Below, piece by piece: positions 1 through 9,433 of a stretch of 40,144 nucleotides of DNA; position 1 is the first letter of the stretch; each line of letters starts with the position of its first letter. This DNA comes from Lysobacterales bacterium. GTDB lineage: Bacteria > Pseudomonadota > Gammaproteobacteria > Xanthomonadales > Xanthomonadaceae. A program made the position numbers and the translations under genes. The notes under the pieces were generated by a model, which ran no database searches, had not been told where the DNA came from, and saw nothing but the letters and a program-made list of their open reading frames with translations. The stretch spans positions 1 through 40,144 of the forward strand of contig JAFLEC010000001.1 in the NCBI GenBank assembly GCA_017302095.1. Reading direction: 5' to 3'.

Positions 1-96
1 CAGGACCATGCCGTCGGCGAACACCCGCGGCAGTTCGGCTGCATGGCTGCCGCAGGCGGCAGCCAGCAGGAAGGCGATGGCGATGCGTCGTGTCAT
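1..96 (-). CDS. N-terminal fragment (runs off window) of a secreted sialate O-acetylesterase-like / probable xyloglucan acetylesterase (CE20-like)
   Basis: ATG at 96 overlaps the GH74 stop (ATGA). It translates as MTRRIAIAFLLAAACGSHAAELPRVFADGMVL: a signal peptide plus the LPxxFxDxMVL(Q) start typical of SASA-type acetylesterases. It is absent from the ORF track because it is truncated. Confidence 0.7.
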   Translation of the reverse strand, partial: MTRRIAIAFLLAAACGSHAAELPRVFADGMVL

Positions 97-2306
97 TGCG
101 GGTCTCCGTACCAGATGCCGCGCCCCTCGGTGCCGAAGTAAACCCGCCCATGCAGGCGGGGGTCCCCGGTGACGTGGCGAACCATGCCGGCGAATCGATG
201 GGCATCGTCGTCGATCCGGCGCCAGGCGCGACCGCCGTCGTCCGAGCGGAACAACCCGCGCTTGCCGTCGACATCGCCATAGACGAACAACACCGGCGGC
301 AGGTCTTCGCGCGCGGGCTTGCCCAAGCCCACCGAATGCGCGTTATCCACGCCGCGGACGCGCTCGAGCTTGCCGGGCGCCCAATGCAGCAGGCCGCGCC
401 AGGACGCGGCGATCCATGCCTCGCCGCTGCGGCCCGGGTGCGGGCGCAGTTCGGCGCGGAACCAGGTGCCGATCTCGCCTACCCGCGCCTGCACCGGCTT
501 GAACGCTACCCCGCCGTTGCCGCTGACATGCAGGGTGCCGGCGACCGGATCGAAGGCGTAGTAGATGCCTTCGTCGATCGCATCGGCTTCCACCACGGCA
601 GTCTTCGGCAGGCCCGTGACCGCCTGCCAATGCCCACCGAAATCGGCGGTGATCCAGTGGCTGCCATTGCGCGGCTGCCAGATCACCCGCTTGCCGTCGG
701 CCGACACAGTGATCTGCCCGGCACCCTCGCCGTCCGGTGGTTCGCTGGCGAAGGCGGTCCAGCTGCGGCCGCCATCGCGCGACCAGGCTGCGCGCACCGC
801 GCCGGCCGGACGCGCGTGGAAATACCCGGTGCGGACCATCAGCGATGGCAATTTCCCGGCGAAGGCCAGGTCCTCGGTGTTGGAAAAGCGCACGCCCGCA
901 AAGCCCTGCTGCGGGCTGTCCAGGTCCGCATGCACGAAGCCGTCGATGTCCCCGAGCCCACTGACCAGGTGCGCACCCTCGGGCGGGCTGGCCAGCGCCA
1001 ATGGCACGGTTTCCTCGAAGCCGCGTTGCGCGAACTCCCATTGCATCGTCACACCGCGGTCGAACGCACGGGCATTGCGCGACGCCCACACGCCGTAGCC
1101 GGTGACGAACACCATGCGGTCCGGATCGGATGGGGCGATCTCGATGTCGCCGATCCAGTGCGGCGTGCTGTCGCGGGTCCAGGGCGCACTCTCGCGATCA
1201 AAGGCGCCGCCTGCCAGCGCCGGCTTCCAGGTCGTGCCGCCATCGACGCTGCGGAAGACCTCGTCGCCGGGCGCGAAACGATTGAATGTACTGGCGACGA
1301 TCACATTGGGGTCATGCGCATCGACCGCTACCGCGCCCCAGCCGAAGCCGTCGCCCTGGAGGTCGCTGGATTGCGGCGCCGGGCTGATGTCGCGCCAGCT
1401 TCCGTCGTTCGGATCGTAGCGCCACAGCGCCCCGTTGTTCATCGTGTTGGGGCCGGGTTCGTCGCCGTAACTCAGCAGCCAGCGGCCACGGGCATCGCGG
1501 ACCATGTGGTTCGGCCGCAGGCCGGTCGGTTGCCCCGGTACCGCGTGCCAACTGTCGCCGCCATCCGTGGAGCGGTAGAGGCTGGTGCCGCGGGTGGAAA
1601 CGCCCGCGTAGACGATGAGCGACGGCGTATCCCGGCTGCCGCTGGCGGGGTCGAAGGCCACGAAGGCGATGCCGATCGGCTGGGTCCCGTTCCATGCCTG
1701 CACCGAAGACGCGGGATCGCGGGCGATTGCCGGAAACGACGCAACAGCATGCCAGCTGGCGCCGGCATCCACGCTCCGCCACAGGCCGTCGGCACGGGTG
1801 CCGAACAGCAGCACGCGGCCATCGTTCGGATCCACCGCCATGCGTTCGCCGTTGCCGCGTCCCTGCTCGTTGCCGCCCAGCTTGAAGGGCAGGCTGGCAC
1901 GCTGGAAGGTCTTGCCACGGTCGGACGAGCGCAGGATCACGCCGTCCGCGCCACGCGCGTTGAGGTAAGTGCCGGCGGCGAGGTAGAGCCGGTCGGGGTT
2001 GCCCGGATCCAGCGCGATGCTCTCGATCCCGAAGCGACCCGCGTCCTCGTGGCCGAGGCCGTCCAGCAATGGTTCCCAGCGTTGTTCGCCGGGCGACCAC
2101 CGGTAAGCCCCGCCGATGTCGGTGCGGGCGTACAACACGCCAGGCTCGGAGGCATGGAAGACCAGGCCGGTGACGAATCCGCCACCCCCGATCGCCACGT
2201 TGCGCCACCGGTACGGTTGGGGTTCCGCGGCATCGACAAGGTTGCTGGTGCCGGCAGCCAGCAGGAGTGCGACCAGGCAGCCGGACACCGCGGACGCAAT
2301 CCTCAT
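93..2306 (-). CDS. Secreted GH74 xyloglucanase (BNR/Asp-box repeats)
   Basis: WRNVAIGGGGFVTG, YARTDIGGAYRW, GNGERMAVDPN, SGLGDIDGF, repeated SxDGGxxW Asp-boxes and C-terminal GRVYFGTEGRGIWYG. Start MRIASAV at 2306 with GGAGGG RBS and a signal peptide. Confidence 0.92.
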   Translation of the reverse strand: MRIASAVSGCLVALLLAAGTSNLVDAAEPQPYRWRNVAIGGGGFVTGLVFHASEPGVLYARTDIGGAYRWSPGEQRWEPLLDGLGHEDAGRFGIESIALDPGNPDRLYLAAGTYLNARGADGVILRSSDRGKTFQRASLPFKLGGNEQGRGNGERMAVDPNDGRVLLFGTRADGLWRSVDAGASWHAVASFPAIARDPASSVQAWNGTQPIGIAFVAFDPASGSRDTPSLIVYAGVSTRGTSLYRSTDGGDSWHAVPGQPTGLRPNHMVRDARGRWLLSYGDEPGPNTMNNGALWRYDPNDGSWRDISPAPQSSDLQGDGFGWGAVAVDAHDPNVIVASTFNRFAPGDEVFRSVDGGTTWKPALAGGAFDRESAPWTRDSTPHWIGDIEIAPSDPDRMVFVTGYGVWASRNARAFDRGVTMQWEFAQRGFEETVPLALASPPEGAHLVSGLGDIDGFVHADLDSPQQGFAGVRFSNTEDLAFAGKLPSLMVRTGYFHARPAGAVRAAWSRDGGRSWTAFASEPPDGEGAGQITVSADGKRVIWQPRNGSHWITADFGGHWQAVTGLPKTAVVEADAIDEGIYYAFDPVAGTLHVSGNGGVAFKPVQARVGEIGTWFRAELRPHPGRSGEAWIAASWRGLLHWAPGKLERVRGVDNAHSVGLGKPAREDLPPVLFVYGDVDGKRGLFRSDDGGRAWRRIDDDAHRFAGMVRHVTGDPRLHGRVYFGTEGRGIWYGDPQ

Positions 2307-2484
2307 CGTGGCCCTCCGGGCGTGCCGTCGGCAGGTCCGGGCGAATCGACGGGCAAGGCAATCCGATGCACTGGCAACTCCAACCCGATCAGGTTCTGCG
2401 GGCGTCGCGGGCCGCTGCGCGGCAAGGAGGGGAGGCAGCAGGCCCACGGCCTGCAAGTGCGGCATTTCGCCGTGGCGCCGGAGA

Positions 2485-2502
2485 AGGGAGGCGAACCTCC
2501 CT
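2485..2502 (-). terminator. Stem-loop just downstream of the TonB-dependent receptor (terminator/mRNA stabiliser)
   Basis: AGGGAGG-TTCG-CCTCCCT on the minus strand, extendable by CCGG pairs. The U-tract is weak. Confidence 0.45.
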
Positions 2503-2520
2503 GCCCCGGCCGATGCGCGA

Positions 2521-5469
2521 TCAGAACGTCAGGCGCAAGGTGGCGGCAAAGCGGCGGTCGTTCACGTACCAGGAGGTCACGCGGCGGCCCGCACCGTTCT
2601 GGTCCATGATCGTGCGCTGTTCGGCGTTGTTGAGGTTGTTCACCTCGAGGCCCACCTGGATGTTGTCGTTGATCTTGTAGAAGATCGACCCATCCAGCTG
2701 GCCGAAGCTGTCGCTGTACACCGGCAGCTTCCAGGCGATGCCGCCGTCGCCGCCGTTGTAGCCGTTCGGGCCGATCGACAGCAGGTATTCGCTGCGCCAG
2801 TTGTAGGCGAAGCGCACTTGCCAGGGGCCCTTCTCGTAGAACGCAGCGATGTTGTACGCGTTCTTGGAGAGTCCGTCGGCGGGAAGGTCGCCGAACAGCG
2901 AACCATCGGTATCCACCGGTTGCGTGTCGAGGTTGTTCGGCACGTTGGTGGTGCTCTTGATGTAGGTGTAGTTCGCCGACATGCCGAGGCCGTCGAACGG
3001 CGCCGGCAGGAAATCGAAGAACTGGTTCCAGCCGATTTCCGCGCCCTGGATCTTGGCCGTGCCGACGTTGACCGGGCGGGTGATCAGGTAGTCGTATTCG
3101 TTGCCGTCCACGCCTGGGTAAGACACGAGTTCGGTCTGACGGCGGAAATAGTCCTTGACGTCCTTGTGGAAGAGGTTGATCCAGGCCATGCCGCCGCGGT
3201 CCGGGTCGAAATACCATTCCAAGGACAGGTCGTACTGGTTCGCCCGCATCGGCTCCAGGTACGGATTGTCGTAGGAGCTGCCGGTGAGGTCGAGCGCGCT
3301 CGCGGGCAGCTGGCTGCCGTCGGTCGGCGGGGTGATGCCGGACTTCACATTGGCATTCAGCACCTGGTAGGCCTGCATGTCGCTGAAGTTCGGGCGGGCG
3401 ATCGCCTTCGACGCAGCGAAGCGCATGACCAGGTTCCGCGACGGCTCCCACTTGAGGTTGAAGCTCGGCAACACGTCGGTGTACGAATTCTCGGCGGTGA
3501 TCGCCTCGGTCTGGCCGTTGCCAAGGTACTGGGCATAGGCAACGTCCGGGTAGACGAGGTAACCGTTGGCCGAATTCTCGGTCCGCACCACGCGCACGCC
3601 GACGTTGCCTTCCAGGAAGGCGGCGTCGTTGCCGAAGCTCAGCATCGCGTACGCGGCCTTGGTCTGCTCGCCCTGCTCGTTGCGGAAGCGCTCGTCATCC
3701 AGCGACGTGGTGCTGTAGGAACCGGCGTAGCAGCAGGTGTAGTAGGGATCGGCCGCCGCGTGGATCGCGTCGTAGCTGCCCGGGAAGCCCAGCGCCATGT
3801 CGAGGATCGGCGCGAAGAAGGTGCCGGGGGTGTTGGCCCCGCCCTTGTAGAAGTTGTCGAAGGTGTTCTGCCGGATCTTGCTCTCGTTGATTTCGCCATT
3901 GAGGTTGATCGGCGGCATCGGTCCGACGCCCGGCAGCGCCCACCAGCGCATCCAGGTCTGGAACACGGGCTTCCAGTTGTAGCCGGTGTCGATGCTGGTG
4001 GCATCGCGGTCGGTGTAGCGCACGCCGACCTTCAGCGAGCGGAAGGTATCGCTGTCGAAGGTGTACTTCAGGTCGGCGCGCCAGGCCAGTTCCTTGGCCT
4101 CGTTGTCGTCCTGGTGGTCCATCGTGAACCCCCAGTAATAGTTGTCGGGGTTCGCGGTGAAGGTTTCGTCGATCGAGATGGACGGCACCCCGCCCAGGCT
4201 GACGTCGATGTAGGGCACGTCGACGCCCAGCGCCACCGTCGAATCCAGGCCCTTGGTGGTGGCCTTGATGTACTGCAGTTCGGTGGAAAGCTCGATGTTC
4301 TCGCTCACCACCCATTTCAGGCCGGTGGAGAAGTCGGTGGTCTTGGAATCGCGGTGCGAGGCGCGGATATCGGTCCCCATCGGCACGCCGCCGTTCTGGG
4401 TCAGGCGACCGGACTTGAACACCCCGCCCTCCAGCTCGTAAGGCTGGCTGGCGTCGATCCGCACCTGCAGCGGGTCGTTCTGGACGAAGATCGCGTCCTC
4501 GTACCAGAGTTCGTCGTACTTGCTCTGGAAGGCGGTGGCGAACAGCTCCAGGTTGCTGCTCGGACGCCATTGCATGGCCACGTACGCGCCATCGCGCTGG
4601 CGCTCGTACTCCAGCGTGCGCCAGTCGGCGCCGCGCGGCAGCCACAGCGATTCGTTGGTGCCGTTGTTGTCGAGGTCGTTGTTCGCGTTCTTGAAGAACG
4701 GACGGACGAACAGCCCGTCGGTGCGGGTGGCCAGCTTGGAGCGCGCGACATCCACCAGGATGCCGAACTCGCCGCCGCCTTCCGTCGTCCAGCGATTGCT
4801 GTACAGCGCGGAAACCGAGGGCTTCCACTTTTCCACGAAATTGCCGTAGTTGGCGCTCACGGTGGCGCCGATCTTCTGCCCGGGGAAGTCGAAGGGCATG
4901 AAGGTACGCAGGTTCACCGTGCCGCCGAGGCCGCCCTCGATCATGTCGGCCTTCTGGTTCTTGAACACGTCGACGCCGGCCATCAGCTCCGAAGGCACGT
5001 CCTGGAAACTCAGGTTGCGGCCGCCGGAGGCCGAGAAGCTGTCGCGCCCGTTGAGTTCGGAACGCACCTGGGTCAGGCCGCGTACCTGCACGCCATTGCC
5101 TTCGGCCGAGAAGTGCTCGGGGTCGCCGACCGACAGGAAGTGGTCGATGGTCACGCCGGGAATGCGCGAGAGGGTCTCGGTGACGCTGCGGTCCGGGAGT
5201 GCGCCGATGTCCAGCGCCGTCACCGAATCCACGAAGGTGTCGGCATCGCGCTTGATGTCCTGCGCCTTCTGCACCGAACCGCGGATGCCGGTGACCACGA
5301 CCTTGTCGAGATCCTTGGCCTTTTCCTCGTCCTTGCCGGCGTCCTGCGCCATGGCAGGCCCGGCGATCAGCAGTGCGATGCCCAGCGCCAGCGCCGAACG
5401 CCTGCAACGATGGATGTGGTGACGTTGCACAGCCCGGCAGGCCGGGGTGCGGCGGTGACGCATGGACAT
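2521..5469 (-). CDS. TonB-dependent outer-membrane receptor (oligosaccharide uptake)
   Basis: Signal peptide, TonB box region DLDKVVVTGIRGS, plug DIGALPDRSVTETLSRIPGV, GGLGGTVNLRT, NPYLEPMRANQYDLSLEWYF and C-terminal Phe (LRLTF). GGGAGG RBS. Confidence 0.95.
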   Translation of the reverse strand: MSMRHRRTPACRAVQRHHIHRCRRSALALGIALLIAGPAMAQDAGKDEEKAKDLDKVVVTGIRGSVQKAQDIKRDADTFVDSVTALDIGALPDRSVTETLSRIPGVTIDHFLSVGDPEHFSAEGNGVQVRGLTQVRSELNGRDSFSASGGRNLSFQDVPSELMAGVDVFKNQKADMIEGGLGGTVNLRTFMPFDFPGQKIGATVSANYGNFVEKWKPSVSALYSNRWTTEGGGEFGILVDVARSKLATRTDGLFVRPFFKNANNDLDNNGTNESLWLPRGADWRTLEYERQRDGAYVAMQWRPSSNLELFATAFQSKYDELWYEDAIFVQNDPLQVRIDASQPYELEGGVFKSGRLTQNGGVPMGTDIRASHRDSKTTDFSTGLKWVVSENIELSTELQYIKATTKGLDSTVALGVDVPYIDVSLGGVPSISIDETFTANPDNYYWGFTMDHQDDNEAKELAWRADLKYTFDSDTFRSLKVGVRYTDRDATSIDTGYNWKPVFQTWMRWWALPGVGPMPPINLNGEINESKIRQNTFDNFYKGGANTPGTFFAPILDMALGFPGSYDAIHAAADPYYTCCYAGSYSTTSLDDERFRNEQGEQTKAAYAMLSFGNDAAFLEGNVGVRVVRTENSANGYLVYPDVAYAQYLGNGQTEAITAENSYTDVLPSFNLKWEPSRNLVMRFAASKAIARPNFSDMQAYQVLNANVKSGITPPTDGSQLPASALDLTGSSYDNPYLEPMRANQYDLSLEWYFDPDRGGMAWINLFHKDVKDYFRRQTELVSYPGVDGNEYDYLITRPVNVGTAKIQGAEIGWNQFFDFLPAPFDGLGMSANYTYIKSTTNVPNNLDTQPVDTDGSLFGDLPADGLSKNAYNIAAFYEKGPWQVRFAYNWRSEYLLSIGPNGYNGGDGGIAWKLPVYSDSFGQLDGSIFYKINDNIQVGLEVNNLNNAEQRTIMDQNGAGRRVTSWYVNDRRFAATLRLTF

Positions 5470-5611
5470 GGTCTTTCCCTCCCAGGAGACATGACAGCGT
5501 GGATCGCTCGGATTGGGTCGCGGGCGCGGGGCGTCGGCGGACGAGCCTACGGATCAGTCAGCGACCGTGCCTTCGGCTTGTGGCGGAGCATGCCGCCCGG
5601 TGTCATGCCAT

Positions 5612-5652
5612 ACCAATGAAAACTTCGGCAGGAACTATTCCTGATTGAAATA
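5612..5652 (-). promoter_or_regulatory. LysR-type operator upstream of the TBDR-GH74 operon
   Basis: Minus strand TATTTCAATCAGGAATA-GTTCCT-GCCGAAGTTTTCATTGGT, which aligns without gaps to 6687-6727. Confidence 0.7.
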
Positions 5653-5681
5653 CATCGGTCTTGGCGGTCGCCGCAAATCGA

Positions 5682-6668
5682 TCAGCGGCGCGGTTCCAGG
5701 GGCGGGATTGCGGATGGCGCCAATGCCGGATAGATCTTCCTCGCCGTCGCGCGCAGCGCCTGCAGGACGCGTTCGGCCCCGGGCGAGAGCAGTTGGTCGC
5801 GGCGCCGGATGATCCCGAAGTGGTCCATCCGCACCCCGAGTTCGATCGGCAGTTGCACCATCTGCCCGGTTTGCAGGTAGGGGCCGACGGCGACGCTGGG
5901 CAGCGCGGTCATCAGGTCGCTGTGCCGCAGCAGGTGGATGATGACCGGAAGCGAGGTGGTTTCCACGAGGTTGCGTGGCGGCGGCAGGCCATGCTCGAGG
6001 AACACCGCGTCCAGCCTTGCTCGCAGCACGCTGGCTTCGGGCGGCATGATCCAGCCGTAGTCGGTGAGGTCGGCATGCGCCAGCGTGGCGCGCTGGGCCA
6101 GCGGATGCCCGCTGCGCACGATCACCGCGTGTGGCTCGTCGGCCAGCGGCTCGAACTCGAGTTCGGCCGCCCCCTCCGGGTCCATGATGCGTCCGATCAC
6201 GATGTCCAGCTGTCCGTCCAGAAGCCGCGCCACCAGTGGACGGCTGTAGTCCATCTCGACCTTGACCAGGATGTCCGGGAAATCGCGCTTGAGTTCCGCG
6301 ATCGCCTGCGGCACCAGGGTCGTGCCGGGATTGACCACGGTGCCGACCGCTGCCTGCCCCATCAGCCCGCTGGCCAACGCGGCGATCTCGTCGTGCGCGC
6401 GACCGATCTCCGAAAGCGCTGCACGGGCGCGACGGATCAGGACTTGCCCGTACCAGGTCGGTTCCACCCCGCGCGCATGCCGCTCGAACAGTGGCACCCC
6501 CAGCAGGTGTTCCATTTCCGCCAGCAACTTGGAGGCGGCCGGCTGGGTCATGTTGGCGGCTTCGGCGGCACGCAGGATCGATCGTTGTTCGTAGAGGTGG
6601 ACCATCAGCAGCAGGTGGCGGGTCTTGAGTCGGGTCGCACCGAACCAGCCAGTCGTGGGGTGCACCAT
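5682..6668 (-). CDS. LysR-family regulator, GbpR/GamR-like (galactose metabolism)
   Basis: HTH RLKTRHLLL...SILRAAEAANMTQPAASKLLAEMEHLLGVPLFERHARGVEPT plus a LysR substrate-binding domain. Divergent from the dgo operon. Alternative GTG start at 6677. Confidence 0.92.
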   Translation of the reverse strand: MVHPTTGWFGATRLKTRHLLLMVHLYEQRSILRAAEAANMTQPAASKLLAEMEHLLGVPLFERHARGVEPTWYGQVLIRRARAALSEIGRAHDEIAALASGLMGQAAVGTVVNPGTTLVPQAIAELKRDFPDILVKVEMDYSRPLVARLLDGQLDIVIGRIMDPEGAAELEFEPLADEPHAVIVRSGHPLAQRATLAHADLTDYGWIMPPEASVLRARLDAVFLEHGLPPPRNLVETTSLPVIIHLLRHSDLMTALPSVAVGPYLQTGQMVQLPIELGVRMDHFGIIRRRDQLLSPGAERVLQALRATARKIYPALAPSAIPPLEPRR

Positions 6669-6686
6669 CGCGATCACCTGCCGAGC

Positions 6687-6727
6687 TATTCGTCTGGCGA
6701 ATACGATACGCCGAAAATTTCATTTGT
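6687..6727 (+). promoter_or_regulatory. LysR-type operator between lysR and the dgo operon
   Basis: TATTCGTCTGGCGAATA (dyad containing T-N11-A) followed by CGATAC-GCCGAAAATTTCATTTGT. Confidence 0.7.
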
Positions 6728-6847
6728 CGTACATACATCGCCACGCAAGGCTATGCCACGCTTCGGCCACCAGCAGGGTATCGACCCGCTGCACGCCCGG
6801 CCGGCCCCTCGTCACCCCGGCGGCGATCCACCACAGGAGGACCACCG

Positions 6848-6916
6848 ATGGCTCCATCTCCCTGCGATGCCTCCGCGATCGCGCCAGCATCCTGCAGCAA
6901 GGAGGACGGGCGATGA
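6848..6916 (+). CDS. Putative 22-aa leader ORF (MAPSPCDASAIAPASCSKEDGR)
   Basis: AGGAGG at 6835-6840, ATG 7 nt later, and the stop overlaps the SDR start (ATGA). Confidence 0.35.
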   Translation: MAPSPCDASAIAPASCSKEDGR

Positions 6917-7653
6917 CCGGCAGGCTGGCCGACAAGGTGGCGGTGGTGACCGGCGCCGCGAGCGGCATCGGGGCGGCCACCGCACGCTTGTTCGCCGACG
7001 AGGGCGCGGCCGTCGTCGGACTGGACCGGAATCCCGCCACGACGTCGGCTGAGGGCGTCCTCCACCGCACTTGCGACATCACCGATGCGGTGGCGGTGGA
7101 TGCGGCGATCGCCGAGGTTCGTGGCGCCCATGGACGGATCGACGTGCTGGTCAACAACGCCGGCGCGGATGTCTTCGCCGAGCCGCTGGCGCTGTCCGAT
7201 GCCGACTGGGAGCGTTGCCTGTCCCTGAACCTCAAGGGCGCCTGGCACCTGTGCCGCGCGGTCCTGCCGGCGATGCTGGCGCAGGGTGCGGGCAGCATCG
7301 TGAACATCGCCTCGGTGCACGGGCACAAGATCATCCCCGGCTGCTTCCCCTACCCCGTCGCAAAGCATGCGCTGGTCGGCATGACCCGCTCGCTGGGCAT
7401 CGAATATGCCGCGCGCGGGATCCGGGTGAATTCGATTTCCCCGGGCCTGGTCCTGGTCCCGCGGATCGAAGCCTGGTTCGATCGCGAGCCCGGCGCGCGC
7501 GAACGCCAGACTGCGCTGTTGCCGCCGAAGCGCATCGGCACGCCGGAGGAAGTGGCCTATACCGCCCTGTTCCTGGCGAGCGACGAGGCGCGTTTCATCA
7601 ATGCCGCCGACATCCTGGTCGATGGCGGGCGCTCGCAGGTCTACCACGACTGA
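6913..7653 (+). CDS. Short-chain dehydrogenase, probable D-galactose 1-dehydrogenase
   Basis: TGAASGIG, NNAG and YPVAK (YxxxK) motifs, AGGAGG RBS, first gene of the De Ley-Doudoroff cluster. The substrate is inferred from context. Confidence 0.85.
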   Translation: MTGRLADKVAVVTGAASGIGAATARLFADEGAAVVGLDRNPATTSAEGVLHRTCDITDAVAVDAAIAEVRGAHGRIDVLVNNAGADVFAEPLALSDADWERCLSLNLKGAWHLCRAVLPAMLAQGAGSIVNIASVHGHKIIPGCFPYPVAKHALVGMTRSLGIEYAARGIRVNSISPGLVLVPRIEAWFDREPGARERQTALLPPKRIGTPEEVAYTALFLASDEARFINAADILVDGGRSQVYHD

Positions 7654-7657
7654 AGCC

Positions 7658-8281
7658 ATGGACGCGCCCACCCTGCCCTTCCGCCTGCCGCTGATCGCGA
7701 TCCTGCGCGGCATTACCACCGCCGACATCGAGGCGCATGTCGGCGTGCTGGTGGAGGAAGGCTTCGATGCGATCGAGGTGCCGACGAATTCCCCGGATTG
7801 GACGCGCAGCGTGGCGATCGCTGCACAGGCCTTCCCCACGGACGTATGGATTGGCGCCGGCACGGTGCTGACCACCGATCATGTCGATGCATTGCAGGCC
7901 GCGGGTGGTCGCCTTGCGGTCACGCCCAACACCGATCCATCGGTGATCCGACATGCGGTGGAGCGGGGCCTGCTCGTCGCCGCAGGATGCGCCACCCCCA
8001 GCGAGGCCATTGCCGCGTTACATGCCGGCGCCCACTTGCTCAAGCTGTTCCCGGCCTCGGTACTCGGGCCGGCGATGGTGCGGGCACTGCAAGGCGCGCT
8101 GCCGCCCATTCCCCTCTTCGCCGTCGGTGGCATCACACCCGGCACCTTGCCCGGATTCCTCTCCTCCGGCTGCGCGGGTGCCGGCATCGGCGGCGAACTT
8201 TACAAGCCCGGCCAGCCGGTCGACGCCACGCGCGCGCATGCGCGGGCCTTCCGGCAGGCCTACCTGGACCACGCGGCATGA
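7658..8281 (+). CDS. dgoA: 2-dehydro-3-deoxy-6-phosphogalactonate aldolase
   Basis: [28 protein letters not shown] and KLFPA motifs. Confidence 0.92.
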   Translation: MDAPTLPFRLPLIAILRGITTADIEAHVGVLVEEGFDAIEVPTNSPDWTRSVAIAAQAFPTDVWIGAGTVLTTDHVDALQAAGGRLAVTPNTDPSVIRHAVERGLLVAAGCATPSEAIAALHAGAHLLKLFPASVLGPAMVRALQGALPPIPLFAVGGITPGTLPGFLSSGCAGAGIGGELYKPGQPVDATRAHARAFRQAYLDHAA

Positions 8282-9429
8282 AGATCACCCGGCTCACCAC
8301 CTACCACGCCGCGCCGCGCTGGTTGTTCCTGAAGATCGAGACCGACGCGGGCATCTGCGGCTGGGGCGAACCGGTGATCGAGGGCCGGGCCGCCTCCGTC
8401 GAAGCGGCGGTGCACGAGCTCGGCGATTACCTGGTCGGCCGGGACCCTGCTCGGATCAACGATCTCTGGCAGGTGCTCCACCGGGGAGGCTTCTACCGCG
8501 GTGGCGCGATCCTGATGAGTGCGATCGCCGGCATCGACCAGGCCTTGTGGGACATCAAGGGCAAGGCGCTGGGAGTGCCGGTGTACCAGTTGCTCGGCGG
8601 GCTGGTGCGCGACCGCATGAAGACCTATCGCTGGGTCGGCGGCGACCGTCCGGCCGACGTGATCGCGCAGATGCGCTCCTACCAGGCGCAGGGCTTCGAC
8701 ACCTTCAAGTTCAACGGTACCGAGGAACTCAAGCTGATCGACAGCCCGCGGGCGATCGACGCCGCCGTCGCCAAGGTTGCCGCGATCCGCGAGGCGATGG
8801 GTGATGCGGTCGATTTCGGCATCGACTTCCATGGTCGCGTGAGCGCGCCGATGGCGCGGGTCCTGCTGCGGGAACTGGCGCCGTTCCGCCCGCTCTTCGT
8901 AGAGGAACCGGTACTGCCGGAACATTGGGAGTATTACCGACCGTTGTCGGATGCGACCTCCATTCCGCTCGCAGCCGGCGAGCGCATGTATGCCCGCGCG
9001 GAGTTCAAGCCGGTGCTGGCCGCGGGCGGCCTGGCGATCCTGCAACCCGACCTTTCGCATGCCGGTGGGATCACCGAATGCGTGAAGATCGCTGCGCTCG
9101 CGGAAGCCCACGACGTGGCGCTCGCGCCGCATTGCCCGCTCGGTCCGGTAGCGTTGGCCGCCTGCCTGCAGGTGGACTTCGTGTGCTGGAACGCGATGCT
9201 CCAGGAACAGAGCATCGGCATCCATTACAACCAAGGCGCCGACCTCCTGGATTACGTGCTGAACAAGGACGACTTCCGCTGCGATGCCAGCGGCAGCATC
9301 GCCGCCCTGCCGAAACCGGGCTTGGGGGTGGAAATCGACGAGGCGCGCCTGGTCGCCGCCAGCAAGTCACCGCCGCGCTGGCGCAACCCGCTCTGGCGGC
9401 ATGCGGATGGCAGCGTGGCGGAATGGTGA
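8278..9429 (+). CDS. dgoD: D-galactonate dehydratase
   Basis: [46 protein letters not shown] and [20 protein letters not shown] overlap with dgoA. Confidence 0.96.
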   Translation: MKITRLTTYHAAPRWLFLKIETDAGICGWGEPVIEGRAASVEAAVHELGDYLVGRDPARINDLWQVLHRGGFYRGGAILMSAIAGIDQALWDIKGKALGVPVYQLLGGLVRDRMKTYRWVGGDRPADVIAQMRSYQAQGFDTFKFNGTEELKLIDSPRAIDAAVAKVAAIREAMGDAVDFGIDFHGRVSAPMARVLLRELAPFRPLFVEEPVLPEHWEYYRPLSDATSIPLAAGERMYARAEFKPVLAAGGLAILQPDLSHAGGITECVKIAALAEAHDVALAPHCPLGPVALAACLQVDFVCWNAMLQEQSIGIHYNQGADLLDYVLNKDDFRCDASGSIAALPKPGLGVEIDEARLVAASKSPPRWRNPLWRHADGSVAEW

Positions 9430-9433
9430 ACCG

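Noticed and set aside
90-5619. Very long plus-strand ORFs (90-2609, 2116-5619) opposite GH74 and the TBDR
   Set aside because: Shadow ORFs of GC-rich coding sequence, with no recognisable motifs or RBS.
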